Source: Phaeosaccion multiseriatum
Taxonomy: Eukaryota; Protista; Ochrophyta, other classes
Assembly: GCA_965112735.1 (NCBI GenBank)
Contig: OZ218954.1
Span: 496,001-560,000, forward strand
Length of the DNA stretch: 64,000 nucleotides
Direction: 5' to 3'
Below, one piece after another: positions 29,831 through 43,894 of the stretch. The position numbers were made by a program, and so were the translations under genes. Under the pieces are notes generated by a model. That model was not told where the DNA came from. It ran no database searches and was given only the letters and a program-made list of their open reading frames with translations. Every line of letters starts with the position of its first letter. Within the stretch, counting starts at the first letter, position 1.

Positions 29831-32800
29831 CAGGCACACAAACACCAAAAGAGAGAGAGACACAAAAGAGAGAGAGAGAGAGAGATAAACAGACACACAG
29901 ACACCAAAAGAGAGAGAGAGACGAACCACTCAGCCTCCATCCACTGCCATCCCCCTCTCTGGCACATAACGTACTCACCCCCCATCCTCGAGCTCCGTCT
30001 GCATAGGGCCGCACCACGAGAGGAACGGAGGCCTCCCATCCACTGCCATCCTCACGCCCCTGACCTTGACCCTCCTCCTGCAGGCACAAAGCCCTGGCTG
30101 CTGCCCCTGACGCTGCCCCTGTCTCCCCGGGGGGCGATGCACAGAGGCCGTCGTTCTGTATCACCAACTGCTGCTGCTGCTGCTGCTCGCCAGCCAGTCT
30201 TCGTTCGTGACGAGACCTGTGTCTATAGTATAAATGCATACAAGAAGTATGTACATACATACATACATACATACATACATACATACATACATACATAGAA
30301 CCCACGTGCGCGCCCAAGGTGTACAGCAGCAAGCCAAGCAACGTCGTAAGTACTACTACGTAATAGGGTGCCAACATCGTAAAGACAAAAGTCCATACAA
30401 GTTCGTAATAGTGAGGTAGTAAGATTAAGTAAGAGCGGATAAGGGCGTGGGTGGGTGGGTGGTTTGGTTGGAAGCAACACTCTAACTACAAACCTTAACC
30501 TCAAACTCACCTTTTCGTCCTGCCGCACTCCTCCAACCCCATCAAACTGACGAGGGCTTCCCTCCTCTGCCCGCCCGCGATGACCCAAAGCGCGTACTCG
30601 TCGCACTCTCCCACGCGTCCGTCGCTCCGTAGGCATTCAAAGGCCTCCCCCCTGTGCTCAAAACTAAGCCCTGAGCCTGAGCCTCTGGCTTGATGATCCC
30701 TCTCGTCCTCATGCTCGTGTTGGTCATACGGATCATCATCCTCGTCGTCGTCGCCAACCAAGCCCCCAATGTCCACCATGACAAAGAAAACATTGCTGGG
30801 GAAGAAGGGCTTTTCCTTTTCGCTGGCAGTGGGTGCTGCTGTATCACCAACTGCTACCCCTGCCTCTGCCCCTGAGCCGCCTCCATCCACTGCAATCCTC
30901 CCCCCCTCTCTTCGTCCTCCTGTGCTGGCCCCCTCCGCAGCAGCCAAGACAGCAGGTGATGCAGCCCCACCACCAGCAGCGGTATCATCAATTGGCGGCG
31001 ATCCTCCGTCTAACCCGATCACCAACTGCTCTACCCCCCCTCCCTCACCCCCGGTCCCCACCCCTACCCCTCCCTCCCTCCGCCGGAAGAGGAAAGTCAG
31101 GTCGAACCCACGCATGCCCAAACTACGTAACCCCTTACGTAAGCCTCGGGGTAGGGAGCGGAGGAGACCGCTGAACTTGTATTTGGCGGTTACGTGAACG
31201 ATTTTGCCGGTGAGCTGGGCCTTCTCCCAAATTGCTGTTGAAGAGGCACCATAGAGAGGGGTCAAGGGGCACAACAGAGGAGGAGGAGCGTTGGGCTGGG
31301 GTAGAAGGAGGAGGGAAACGAGGCAAAGGCCCCATTTACTACTCAACCCCTCCCTATCGCTCCTCCCTCCCTCCCTCCCTCCCTCACTCCCTCCCTCCTT
31401 CCCTCACTCCCTCCCTCCCTCCTTCCCTCCCTCCCTCCCTCCCTCCCTCCCTCCCTCCCTCCCTTTACCCCCCCCTCTCTCCCTCCCTCCCTCCCCCCAT
31501 CTACTGCCAACCCTCCCGTCCTGCCACACGTACCTTGTACATGGCCCTTGCCTTGCCTGTCCACTGCCATCCCCGTGTTGCCCCACAGGAAGCGGTAGAG
31601 CTGCTGTGCCATCTTCAAGTCTTGTGGGACCCCTCTGCCCTTCTCGTACCTGGCTTGTTAAAAGACGCCACACATGCACAGCAATGGGTCGTCAGCAAAC
31701 GCGCCATATGCATACAAGAGGGAGAGAGAGAGAGAACATACAGTCACTGGATCATTAAAGACGGGGAGCGGCGTGGAGAGTGAAGAGGGGGAAGTGGGGC
31801 GACACACACACACACACACGCACATGTACACAATATGTATGCATACGTACATGATGGCGAGTTTGTGCATGGCGGCAGGGTGGCGTTTCGCCCCCCCTGG
31901 GCTGTAGGCCGCTGCTTGGAGGTGCCGAGCTGCCAGGGCGTAGTCGGGCTGTTGGGACGGGGGATGGCAGTGGATGGAAGAGATGAATGATAGGATGGCA
32001 GTGGGTGGATGACGAACTCGCCTCCGTACTTTACCCTACCCTACGCTCCCCTCCTCTCCCCTCCCCTCCCCTCCCCTCCCCTCCCCTCCCCTCCCCTCCC
32101 CTCCCCTCCCCTCCCCTCCCCTCTCCTCCCTTCCCCTCCCCCCTCCTCTCCTCCCCTCTCCTCTCCTCCTTTCCCCTCCCCTCCCCTCTCCCCTCTCCTC
32201 TCCTCCCTTCCCCTCCCCTTCCCTCTCCTCCCCTCCCCTCCCCTCCCCTACCTGGATGCCCCCTCCTCCCTCATAGAAGATCCGACCCAGCTCTGCATCC
32301 GCCTCAATGGAGCCCTGCTGCGCCGCCTGTGCAGTTCGAAGTGCAGTTTCAGTTTTTCCGTCAGTCTCATTTCCAGGTGGGTCGCTGTAACTCCATCCAC
32401 TACCATCCCTTGCCATCCCCTGCCATCCCCTGCCATCCACTGCCATCCCTTGGCATCCCCTGTACATCACCATCCTCTGCAATCAACTCATTCCTACTCA
32501 CCTGTGAATACAGCCTTACGGCCGCCGCCCCTCCCCCCGCCCCTCGGTAGCCGCGGCGGTGCGCGAAGAGCCAGGCTGCGTTCACCTGCAGTAAGGCAGT
32601 GAGCGTGCAGTAAGTCCGTAAGTCACTATATGCAGTATGTCAATAAGGAGGGGGCGAGTAGTAAGGCAGCAAGTGCGTTGAAGTGTACGTGCAGCAAGTT
32701 AGTCGGTCAGTCAGTCAGTCAGTCAGTCAGTCAGTCGGTCAATTGGGAGTTTTGAGTTTGAGTTCCGGGATCATCATCGCCCGCCTGCGCTTCCTCACTC

Positions 32801-33087
32801 ACCTGCGCCGCTTCCACGCCCTCGCTGGCCTGTGGTGTGGTGTGCGATGGCAGTCGATGGATGGCAGTGGATGAACGGCAATGAACGGCAGTCCATGGAT
32901 GGCAGTCGATGGATGGCAGTCGATGGATGGCAGTCGATGGATGGCAGTGGATGGACAGAAGTGGATGGACGGCAGGGGATGGTGTGGGGTGGAATCAGTT
33001 TGGATTTATCGTGCTGGGCCGCGTCCTCCTCTTATTCCTCCTCCTTCTCCTCCTCCTCCTCCTACTACTACTACTATACTACTACTT

Positions 33088-33139
<52 letters not shown>

Positions 33140-36100
33140 CACTACTACTTCTACAACTACCACCTCTACCACTACTACTACCACGACTACTCTTACTACT
33201 ACTACTACTGCTTCTACCACCACGACTACTACTAGTACTACCACTACCACGACTAATGTTACTCTTACTACTACAAAGTACGACTGCGACTACTCCTACT
33301 ACTCACCCTCAACCTCCTCCTCCCCGCCCCCCCCCCTCCTCCTCACCTTTCTAGCGAAGGCAATGAGGTCTCCCTCTTCGTCCCTCCCCTCTGCAAAGCT
33401 CTCCACCGCTCTCGTCACCTCCTCCGCCACCTCCCCCGCCTCACACACCATGGCGTACATGTCCACCGCCTGTTCAAAGTCAAAAGTTTGCAGTTTCAGA
33501 TTATGGAAGGGCATATGGGAGGGGAGGGGAGGGGAGGGGAGGGAGAGAGGATGCCATCCACTGCCATCCACTGCCATCCACTGCCATCCACTGCCATCCA
33601 CTGCCATCCACACACGCGCCCACACCCACCTTGGCGCAAGACCTCCACACTCCCATGCCATATTCAAACATCTGCCCGATGCGGAAGGCCGCAAGCACAA
33701 TGCCTGCCTCTGCAGCAAGGCCCAGGCTCTCCAGTGCCCCGCTCTGATCCCCTGCTTCCAACTGTGATTCCCCTCGGTGGTACAGAGCGAGCGGATCCTG
33801 ACCCCCGGCCATAAACAGCTCTCGAGCCTGGGAGGAGATGGGGGTGGGGTGAGTGATATGTGTCAGGACAGTGGGGTGGGTGGTGTCAGGACAGTGGGGT
33901 GGGTGAGTGTCAGGACAGTGGGGTGGGTGAGTGTCAGGACAGTGAGAGCGAGTGAGTGAGTGAGTGAGTGAGTGAGTGAGTGAGTGAGTGAGTGAGTGAG
34001 TGAGTGAGTGAGTGAGTGAGTGAGTGAGTGAGTGTGTGGGTGGGTGTCGGGATGGCAGCAGAGGGATAATTGGGCAGACAGACGGTGAGTGGGTGGTGTC
34101 AGGACAGTGAGTGGGTGGTGTCAGGACAGTGAGTGGTGAGTGTGCCAGACAGTGAGTGGGTGGTGTCAGGACTGGCGAGTGTAAGTGGGTGCCCATATGG
34201 TGCCATCTGTGACCAGTAACTCGATTCGACCCACAGGGAGGGTGCCATTTGGTGCCACCTCCCATACCCTTACCTTGCCCTCGTCCCTGTCGACGGCCCC
34301 TCCGTGGAGGTGCAACAGCCCCAGCAGCGCCGCCGCTGACGGACACGCACGCACACACACACACAGACATATACAAGCACGCACACATACACACACACAA
34401 CACGCACACACACGGGGCAATAGGACACACGCACATGCACGTAAGGAACAGGAGTTGATAAGACCTTTACTCCCAGCCCCACTTTCCGAAGGACCAAATG
34501 CTCCACCAAGACTGCCCTCTTGACTTACTGACTTACCTCTCTCATCTCCGAGGAGGTAGGCCTCCTCGAGCAAGTCTACTGCTAGGTCAGGGTCCATATC
34601 TACACCCAATCTGGAGGCATATAGAGACAATATGACAAGTCGTATGGAGAGGGAGACGGGTGGGTAGGTAAGTGGTGTCAGGACCTCATACGGAGGTGTA
34701 TAGGGAGGCTCTCGCTCTCACACACACTCTCCTTCTTTCTCGCCCTCCCTCTCCCCTCTCCCTCTCCCTCCTCTCCACCCCTCCTCTCTTCATCCTTTTA
34801 TTTCCCTTCCTCTCCCTCCCTCTCTCACTAGCATACCCTACTCACTGACTTACCCTACCCACTGCCTTGTACAACTCACTGACTTACCCTACCCACTGAC
34901 TTACCCTACTCACTGACTTACCCTACCCACTGACTTACCCTATCTACTCACTGACCTACCTTACTCACTAACTTACCCTACCTCCTCACTGACTTGCCCT
35001 ACCCACTGACTTACCCCACAAGATGCTTGTACCCCAGTGCCCCAATCGCCCCTGCGTGGTTCGCCTCCGCCGCTTTGGTAAAGTGTGCGGCCGCCAGGGG
35101 GAGGTTCTGCCGTGCCATATATACAAGTCAGCAACAACAGTTGTAAGTCAACACGAAAGAGCCACACACACACACACACACTCACTCACTCCCATACGCT
35201 CACTCATATACTCTCCCTCCCCTCTCTCCCTTCCCTGCCACTCCCTCCCTTCCTCCCCTCCCTCCCTCCCTCCCTTCCTTCCTTCCTTCTTCCATCCTCC
35301 CTCCCTCCCTCCCTCCCTCCCTCCCTCCCTCCCTCCCTCCCTCCCTCTATATCACCAACTCACTCACCTTAGCCTCCCCCAGCAGGCCGTACTCATAAAT
35401 CCTCCCCAGTTGATAACGTGCCTCCGCACCCCCCTGGGCTGCACTCAGATTCTGTCTGTCGAGGTAATATCGGAGGTGATCGGCGTCGTTTCGGAGACGT
35501 CTCTCTCTCCGTTGGCGCGACTGTTTTTTTTTGGGTATTTGTTTGGTGTTGTTGAAGGAGGGAGGGTTGGAGGGAGAGAAGGGAGGGGAACGGAGGGGAG
35601 GGGAAAGGAGGGCGGCAGAGAGAGTGGGAGGGAGGGAGGGAGGAGGGAAGAGTGTGGGGGAGGGAGTGAATGAGTATTGCCGAAACGTACGTAACGTTCA
35701 ACAATCTCACCTTCTCGTCGATGTAGTCCGCAGAGGTGTCCTTGTCGAGTTGGTACTTCTCCTCTGTGAGAGGGTCGCCGCCAGTTGCTGATGTCGCGCC
35801 GAGGGCGTCTTGGGCGGCATCCTGTGACGTGTTACAGTGTGTTGCATTGACGTGCACATACACACAAACACAAACACATACGTAACATGTACGTAACAAA
35901 CACACACGCAACATAAACAAACGCACGCACGCACACACGCGCCCCTCCTGTTATAAGCTAATGAAAGCCTCGATTCCCCCCTAACGATAAGACAACAAAC
36001 CGTCCAAACACCCCGACTCCAGAGACACACACACGCACGCACACACGCACGCACACACGCACGCACGCACGCACGCACACACGCACGCACACACACGGAC

Positions 36101-37376
36101 CTTGTACCATATGAGAGCCGTTTCGCAGTCCTTCCGAACGCCATGCCCCATTCGGAACCTGCAGAGGAGCACAACAAGGCATATGGGAATTGAAGTTAAG
36201 AGTTTCAGTTGGAAAGATAGAGATAGGACACAACGAGTGGGTCCATCGAATGTGACACATCAGAGGGAGAGAGAGAGGAGAGAGAGAGAGTGGGAGAGAG
36301 AGAAGAGACAGAGAGAGAGAGAAGGGAGTTCGAAGGAGGGAGAGAGAGAGAGAAGGGAGAGAGAGAGAGAGAGAAGGGAGTTCGAAGGAGGGAGAGAGAG
36401 AGAGTAGAGAGAGAGGGAAAGAGAGAGAGGGAGAAGGGAGCGCGAAGGGAGAGAGAGAAGAGAAGAGAGCATGAGACAGAAGCAGGGAGAAGAGAGAGAG
36501 ATCGAAAGCGCGAGAAGAGAGAGAGAGGAAAGGGAGAGAGGGATGGAGAAAGAGCAGAGAGGAAAAGAGAGGGACAGAGAGAGAGATCGACAGAGCGACA
36601 AGAGAGTGAGAGAGAGAGGGAAAGGAGAGAGAGGGATGGAGAACGAGCAGAGAGGAAAAGAGAGGGACAGAGAGAGAGATCGACAGAGCGACAAGAGAGA
36701 GAGAGAGGAAAGGGAGAGAGGGATGGAGAAAGAGCAGAGAGGAAAAGAGAGGGACAGAGAGAGAGATCGACAGAGCGACAAGAGAGTGAGAGAGAGAGGG
36801 AAAGGAGAGAGAGGGATGGAGAACGAGCAGAGAGGAAAAGAGAGGGACAGAGAGAGAGTTGACCGTACTGTACCTGTGCCCCATTGCTATTTTGGCCTGG
36901 AGCAGATGCTCAAATGCGGCCTCCTCCTCCAAGGCAGCTGCTGCAACCTCGTCTACCTCTCCTGCAAACAGGGGGGCACCCGCACTGTTTAAGGAGGGAG
37001 GAGGTGGGAGGGAGGGAGGGAGGGAGGGACAGCGATTCACAGTGAGGCACCGAGTCAAAAAGAAAACGGATGGAAATGAGGAGAGGAGAGGACAGGGATG
37101 GAAAGGAGAGGAGGGGAAAGGAGAGGAAAGGGATGGAAAGGAGAGGAGGGGAAAGGAGAAGAAAGGGATGGAAAGGAGAGGAGAGGATGTTGAGCGCGAT
37201 GTCTCATCACTCTCCTCCCAATCATTCATCCATCATCACATGCCTCAATTGTCACTTGCAATCTTTCTGTCCCTCTCTCTCGTTCCTTCTCTGTCTCCAT
37301 CTCTCTCTTCATCTTTCAGTCTCCCTCTCTGTCTTCTTCTCTCTCCCACAACCTTTCTCTCCCTTCATCTCTCTCT

Positions 37377-37414
<38 letters not shown>

Positions 37415-38073
37415 TACCCCCCCCCCCTCTCTCCCTACTCACCCGTCCCAAACCCCGAGAAACATCAAGAGCAACGCCCACCCAACCACCACACTATCAC
37501 ACCCGCCACCCCGCCATCCATCCACTGCCATCCCACCATCCCGCCAGCCCACCCCTCGCATCCATGCACTGACCTCTTGGAGAAGGCGAGAAAATGAAGG
37601 GCGGCCGCACTTCCGTCCTCCGCCGCGGCAGTCATGAGGCGCAGCGCCTCTCCGAGGTCACGTTTGGTGACACCTGGCTCGTTGCGTAGCTCCAACTCGC
37701 CTAGCTGGTACAAGGCCTCCGCCCGGAGCGCCCGACCCTCTCCTTCCCCTCCTGCTGCTGCCCCTGCCATTCCTCCTCCTCCTCCTCCTCCTCCTCCCAC
37801 TGAACTGGTCACGACGTTGGCCATTGCGACGCTTCGGAGCGAGGATTTGGCGAGCTCAACATAGCCTCTCCTTTCTCTCGAGGACCCCTCTGTCGCCTGG
37901 ATGAGGCGCTTGGCCTCGTTGAGTCGCTCTTGCGCTTGTGAGAAGGTCAAGTCACTATCATCGATCAGCTTGCCTTTCGACTTGCTACTACTGCTACTGC
38001 TACTGCTACTGCCTCCTGCTCCCTCCTCATTGGGAGGAGGAAGAGCTTCGTGCCCTCCCTCCTCCTCCTCTTC

Positions 38074-38117
<44 letters not shown>

Positions 38118-38373
38118 TATCTTGTCGATCCAGATCCCGCCGCCTTCCCTTCTGATGCTTCTCCTCTTGCTTTTGCAATGCGCTGCGTATTGCCTCATCT
38201 TGAAGCATGGGTGCCGCTTTCTCGTCCTCCTCCCCTGCTGATGCCAATCTTACACCGTTGTGCCGACCCACATCCACACCAGCCACGGCAAGCAGACCGA
38301 CCGCCATCCAGCAGCCTCGCTTTACTCTCATCCCTCCCCCGAGCGGGCGATTCCTCTCCCGAGGCCTCCTCAT
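27298..38373 (-). CDS. Sel1-like repeat protein resembling SEL1L/HRD3; multi-exon, possible N-terminal signal sequence
   Basis: Sel1 repeats: AEALYQLGELELRNEPGVTKRDLGEALRLMTAAAEDGSAAALHFLA; QAKIAMGHR|FRMGHGVRKDCETALIWYK|DAA; LGVDMDPDLAVDLLEEA; AAALLGLLHLHGGAVDRDEGK|ARELF; AAFRIGQMFEYGMGVWRSCAK. First exon 38373-37574, last exon 27787-27298. Some 3' exons are approximate. Confidence 0.8.
27820..29185. repeat. ~1.36 kb degenerate (GAGT)n microsatellite in an intron of the Sel1 gene
   Basis: Directly visible; produces THSL pseudo-ORFs. Confidence 0.97.
34842..35014 (-). repeat. ~17-bp tandem repeat of a 5' splice-site sequence (GGTAAGTCAGTGGGTAG)
   Basis: Begins at the inferred donor ...TTGTGGG|gtaagtcag (exon end 35015) and reiterates it about 9-10 times. 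Confidence 0.8.
36265..36860. repeat. AG-rich microsatellite with higher-order ~60-bp duplications, intronic
   Basis: Repeated gggatggaga..agcagagaggaaaagagagggacagagagagatcgacagagcgaca blocks. Confidence 0.85.
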
Positions 38374-39059
38374 GGCTCGCTAATGGGCACCTCGGCAACA
38401 CCAAACAAAAAATGAAATCTCAGGTTCGATCGGCTGCTGTTCGCTTGCTTTTGTTTCTTCTTCGGTGATTCTGCTGCTTCTTCTACTCCTCCTACCGGTG
38501 ATGCTGCTAAGGTTACCTCGGCTGCTCCTCCTGCGCACACCGCAACCCAACCCGAGCCAAGTGCCAAGTTGCCAAGTAATGAAGTTAGCCTTTAACACTC
38601 CGGAAGCATGCCCCAGGGACCCATATGCCTGGGTATTTTGGCGGTTATGGGATATCGAATATCGGATTTTGGCGGTTTGACCTTTTCCACCGAGCGGGAG
38701 TTTTTGGATCGGTCGGTGCTGCTCTCTCTCAGCTTGTGCTCTCTCCAACTAGTCTATGCTGCGGCTGTGCAGCCCCTCCTACTACCTCACTTCTACTAGT
38801 GCTGCTGCTGGGGGGGCGCGTGACACGCGTGCTTCGCCGTCTCCTGCCGTCTGCCTGCGAAGTCAGCCCTGAGGAATTGAGCTGAACCGTGTGCTGCTCA
38901 CCGGCCTGCTCTCCTCTCCTCTGGCTTTCTTCTTAAGTACAGTCTGACGTAAAAGCGAGACGATATAATTCCAAGTGGGACCGGCACCGGCAGAGACGCT
39001 CTCCAAAGATAGAAACAAGCAGCAGCTCCGGTGAGAGCAAGAGGCGCCGCACAACAACC

Positions 39060-42000
39060 ATGCGTGAGAAGGTGGTCGGTGGGCGGCATGGACAGGGCCA
39101 GGGGCAGCACGGACGGCATCATGAACCCTCCTTGTCGGCTCGTGTTCGCGGTGGATTTTCCTGGCACCTGCTACTGCTGCTGCTGCTCTTGGCGGCTTCT
39201 CCCTCCTCTTCTTCCGCGCTGCGCGGCGCAGCACCAGCGTCAGGAGGAGGGGGGGTGCGGAAAGCAGAGCAGGCGAAAGGCACGCTGTGGCGGGGCAAGT
39301 CAGCTGGAGAAGGAGTGGAGCTCTCTTCAGAAGGAGGCATGCATCACGGCGGGGTGACGCCAGCAGTGGGGGGGGAGGTGGGCGTGACGCTCTACTCCCT
39401 GTACAAGCAGAGACTATCCACGACAGTCACGGTGAGCAGCCATCCTGACGGCAACAGCCCGGGCATCCCGGCGTCATCTTCATCCTCCAGTCTACGCGGA
39501 TCCCGCCCAGCAGCATCAGACGAAGCAGGAGAAGAAGAAGACGGAGGAGGGGGGGGGAGCCGCGGTGGGGGAGGAAGGGTCGGTACGAATGAAGTGGGCC
39601 TGGGCGAGCAGCCTGCGTCGAGGCCCGACTGGTACAATGCCCTCTTAGCCGCCTGCTTGCGAATGACTGATGGGCTCGTCGGAGGCGGTACCACGGGGGC
39701 AATTCTCCTTCCCACTGGCCCCTGGCCCACAGAAGGAGGAGAAGAAGCAGAAGAAGAGGAGGAGGAGGATTTCTTCTTTACCGCGGCGCCCGTGCCCGGC
39801 AGCATTGTCGCAGATGGCAGCAACGGCAATGGAGACCCAACCTCCGTACACATCACCTACGAGCGGATCTTCGCCTTTGAATATGCCCCCTTTGGACTGC
39901 CATCCTCGTCGCACCTCCCAAGTGGCTCGCTGCAGACTTTCCTCAACGCATTGGAGGATGCAGAGGCCATACAGATGGCGGTGGAGAGCCACCTTCTGCA
40001 GACGACCGGCTGGGGCCACGTGACAGTAAGCAGGCCTGTGGTGGCGGTAGAGGAAGCGGGCTTTTGGACCAGCAGCAGCGCTACCCCCTGGATGATGACT
40101 GACACCGGTTCACAGTTGGCTGAGAAAGGGGCTGAGGTGGAGGGAGATGGAGAGACGGTGATGCTGCTCCGAAATGGCGACGCTGCTGCTGCGTCTGCTG
40201 CCATTGTCGCGGGTGAGCGTAGGACCCTTCAGGATGGACAGGGAGAAGGAGGTGGCGGTGAGGTCAGCATCACCTCTGTCTCCTCCTCGTCCTCGGCTAT
40301 GCGTGAGCAGCAGGAGCAGACGCAGGACCAGCTTATCCTCGATGGCCAGGGGACGGCGCAGGAGTCGAGCAATGGGGAGAGAAAGGAGAGCATCTTTCAC
40401 CTTGACGCTACCGACGAGGTTGTCATGCTTGGGTCGGGGGCGGTGTGTGTGGCCCTCGTGCTTACGGGGTTGGTGCTCTACAACAAGAAACGGCATGTGA
40501 CCAAGACGGAGGAGCTCAAGCAGAAGAACATGCGCGACCCGGTGAGTTTGAGCTTGAGTTTGAGTTGGGGCTTTGAGTGAGTTTGAGTTTGAGTGAGTTG
40601 AGAGTGGTGTGGTATTTTTGAACGAGAGCACAGCTTTACCTTCAGTGTTTTTTTTGGTTGCCTGGATTTCGATGTCGATAGTTTGGTTGCCTCGGGTTTC
40701 GAGGTCGATATTTTGGTTGCCTTGATTTCGATGTCGATATTTTGGTTGCCTCGGGTTTCGATGTACGATATCGAAGGTCAATGTCGGCACGCACAGAACA
40801 AATGTTGGGTTGTGTCCCTCTCCTTGGGTTGGCTTGGTCATACTCCTTCTAGGCATTGGGGCCATTTCCCGCTGCTGATTAATGGGCTGCTGTCCCTGTC
40901 TCTCTCTCCCTCCCTCTCTGCCCCCCCCCCCACCCACCCACCCACTCTCCTCCTTCTGTCTCACTCCTTACCTTCCCTACACAGGACATCCTCGTCGTGG
41001 CCCCTCGCTCCCAGTCGGGCTTGGGTCAAACGGGAGACTCCCAAGTCCTACCAGATGACTGCCAGGACCCCTCGGGACTGTCCGATATTGACCTGTCCGA
41101 CTTTGGCAACGAGCTTGCCTCCACGCAGAGAAGCAACGGAGCGGGGGGTGTCGACGACGACTTTATTTTCGAGGACGCCGATTTCCCTAATAACGAGGGG
41201 ACGGGAGGGGAGCGTGGCACGCTTGGCGGCACAGGTGAGAACTTTCCACGGAACGTTCTTTCTCTCTTTCCCCACCTCCGTGTAGCCGGCCTGCCATTGC
41301 CTCCTTCCCTCTTCCTCCTCCCCTCCCTCGCTTTTTTTTTGCTTTCCTCCCTACTCCTCCCTTGCTCCCTCCACTGCCATCCACACGCTCGTTTCGCAAA
41401 ACAAAACATCTCTTTCACTGAGTTCGTTGGCCTCAGACAAAGTTTGTTGAGGTGCAAATCGAAACCGAAACTGACGAAACCGTAACCCTGTCATATACTC
41501 CAACCCACTTGGCCTCCAAACTCACCCTCCCTCCGTCCCTCACCCCACGTGGCCAATTTCCAATTTGCCCTACCCCACCCCCTCCCTGTATCACCAACTT
41601 GCGCAGGGGGTAGCAGTGTCGGGCTCAGCAGCAGCTCAGGGCATTCCAACACAGGCACAAGGGAGTTTGACTTCACTCCACCCCCCGGCCCGCCTCCGGA
41701 GACGTTTGCCCCCTATCGGCCTGAAACGCAAACCAAAGCGCAAAAGAAGAAGCAGCAGCAGCAGCAGGAGGAGGAGGAGGAAGAGTCAGTTGCGGTGCCT
41801 GTTCCGGACTCCTTCGCTAACCCGTCATCATCCTCGGCAGCCCGGGACACGGCAGAGGAGCAGGGAGGAGATGCAGCACTTGGTGATACAGGGTCGTCGT
41901 CGTCGTCGTCATCCTCGCCTGAGAAGAACAGCACCGAAAAGAACATGAAGGGCGCTGCCAAAGGGTTCAAGGAACGACCCAAGAGCAGGAATCAAAGGAT

Positions 42001-43894
42001 GGCGTCGGAGGTAGTTGTGGATACATCCAACAACAGCAGCGGCAGCATCAGGTGACTGACTGATTGGGTGGTGCAGAGAGAGTTATGTGGGTGAAGGACT
42101 GACTGGACTGGACTGAGGAATAGAAACACAAGTTGCTGACTGAGTGGTGCACCGAGCCATGTGGGTGACTGACGGAGTGTTGCACAGAGAGGTATATATA
42201 TTTATTATATATATATAAATATATATATATGTATATATATATATGTATATATATATTATGGTGAAGGACTGAGTGGTGCACAGAGAGGTTTATATATATG
42301 GTGAAGGACTGAGTGGTGCACAGAGGTATATGGGTGCTCTGCCTGGGCGCTCAGTGTCTTTCTTCCTTTCGTCCATGTCATTGAATCTCACTCCCTCCCT
42401 CCTCTCCCTCACTCCCTCCACCCCCCGCAACTCCCCTCCCTCCTCAGCGTGAGCAGCAGCATTGCTTGGGTCAAGGGCTGCACGAAGAGCACCATGGGAG
42501 CGTGGGTCAAGAACGTCAAAGTCAATGTCACAAAGGGCAACGTCAGCACCCCCAACATCAACATCGACAGCGGCACCAACAGTTATACGGGTAGCAGTAT
42601 GGGCAGCAGCCGCAGCAGCAGCAGCAGCGGCAACAGCCGTTACGTGCCCAGCAGCAGCGGCAGCAGCAGCTGCAGGCCTGACAGCAGCAGCAGCAGCGCA
42701 GATGGCGACAGCGTGGCCATGAGTGTGAATACCCACAGCCCTTACTCCGTCGCCAACGATGGCTTTAGCAAGCATGTGGAGGAGGCGAAGAAGGAGGAGC
42801 GAGATGTGTCCGTGTCGTCATCTGCTGATACCGCTCGTGCTGGCACTGTGGCTGCTGCTGCTGCTGCTGTATCACCAAGTGCTGCTGCTGCTACAGGATC
42901 ATCCCCGACTACTACGGCATCCCCTTCTGGTGCTGAAGTATCACCAAGCGCTGGCAATGCCTCCCCAAGTGATGATGGTGGTGATGGATCACCAATTGGT
43001 ACGGAAGGCACAACACCGAACGCCGCCAACAAGGAAGACGCGCGAAGGGCAAGGCTCGCTCGCCTGGCCAGAGAAGGCAGAATGGTGTCTGAGAATGAAA
43101 AGGAGCGCCTGCGGAGAGAGAGCGAGAGAAAGAGCCAACCAGACATCAGCCCCAGCAGCAGATTCACAGATGGCGATGATGGCCGCAGCAGGAGTCGTAT
43201 GGGCAGTAGCGTCACCGGTGGAGGAAGCAACAGCAGCCACAGCAGGAGCAGCAGCCAAGAGGAGCAAGGGCAGGGGCACGGCACTACAACTGGCGACGAC
43301 CAGCTCCCCCCCGGACCCAAGGTTGAGAAGGTGGCGATATCCTCTGAGAGGTCGGCAGTGACAGCAGCATCAGTGGCAGCAGCAGCGGGCGGGTCGTCAA
43401 GGGCTGGAGATACCATAGCCACACCAAGGTCAGAGAGGAGTGAGAGCAGCTACGGGAGTGGTGGCAGCGATGGCAGTCAACGCTATGGCTCCAACGCAAG
43501 CAGCAGCGATGGAGGAGGAAGGAGAGCCATGTCCCCTCTTCGAGCAGCAGCCTCATCATCATCCAGAGGAGGAAGGGAGGGAGGGATGGCAGCGGATGGA
43601 GCAGACGGGGCTGTTTCTTCCGAAGCTCCCTCTTCTCAACGCTCCTTCAAGACCAATGACACGTCCTTCTCCGCCTTCTTTCGCTCCAACGCCTCCGACG
43701 ATGTGTCACTGTCTGACCTTGCTCACGTCGGGGACGGGAAGAGCAGCGTTTCGAGGGAAATGGGGCGCTTGCCGTCGGATGTGGTTTCCGAACGAGGTAT
43801 TGCTGATGATGATGATGATGATGATACTGATAGTGACGAGGAGGAGGAGCAAAGCGCTGCCAGCAGGAGGACGGAGAGCCGGGTGGAGCTGTAG
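39060..43894 (+). CDS. Predicted type-I single-pass membrane protein of unknown function with a Ser-rich disordered tail; 4 exons
   Basis: Exons 39060-40541, 40985-41234, 41607-42051, 42448-43894 join in phase (0, 1, 2). Hydrophobic leader WHLLLLLLLLAA; TM segment VVMLGSGAVCVALVLTGLVLY followed by NKKRH. Confidence 0.8.
40652..40773. repeat. ~30-bp tandem repeat x4, intronic
   Basis: ttttggttgcctcgggtttcgatgtcgata-like units. Confidence 0.8.
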
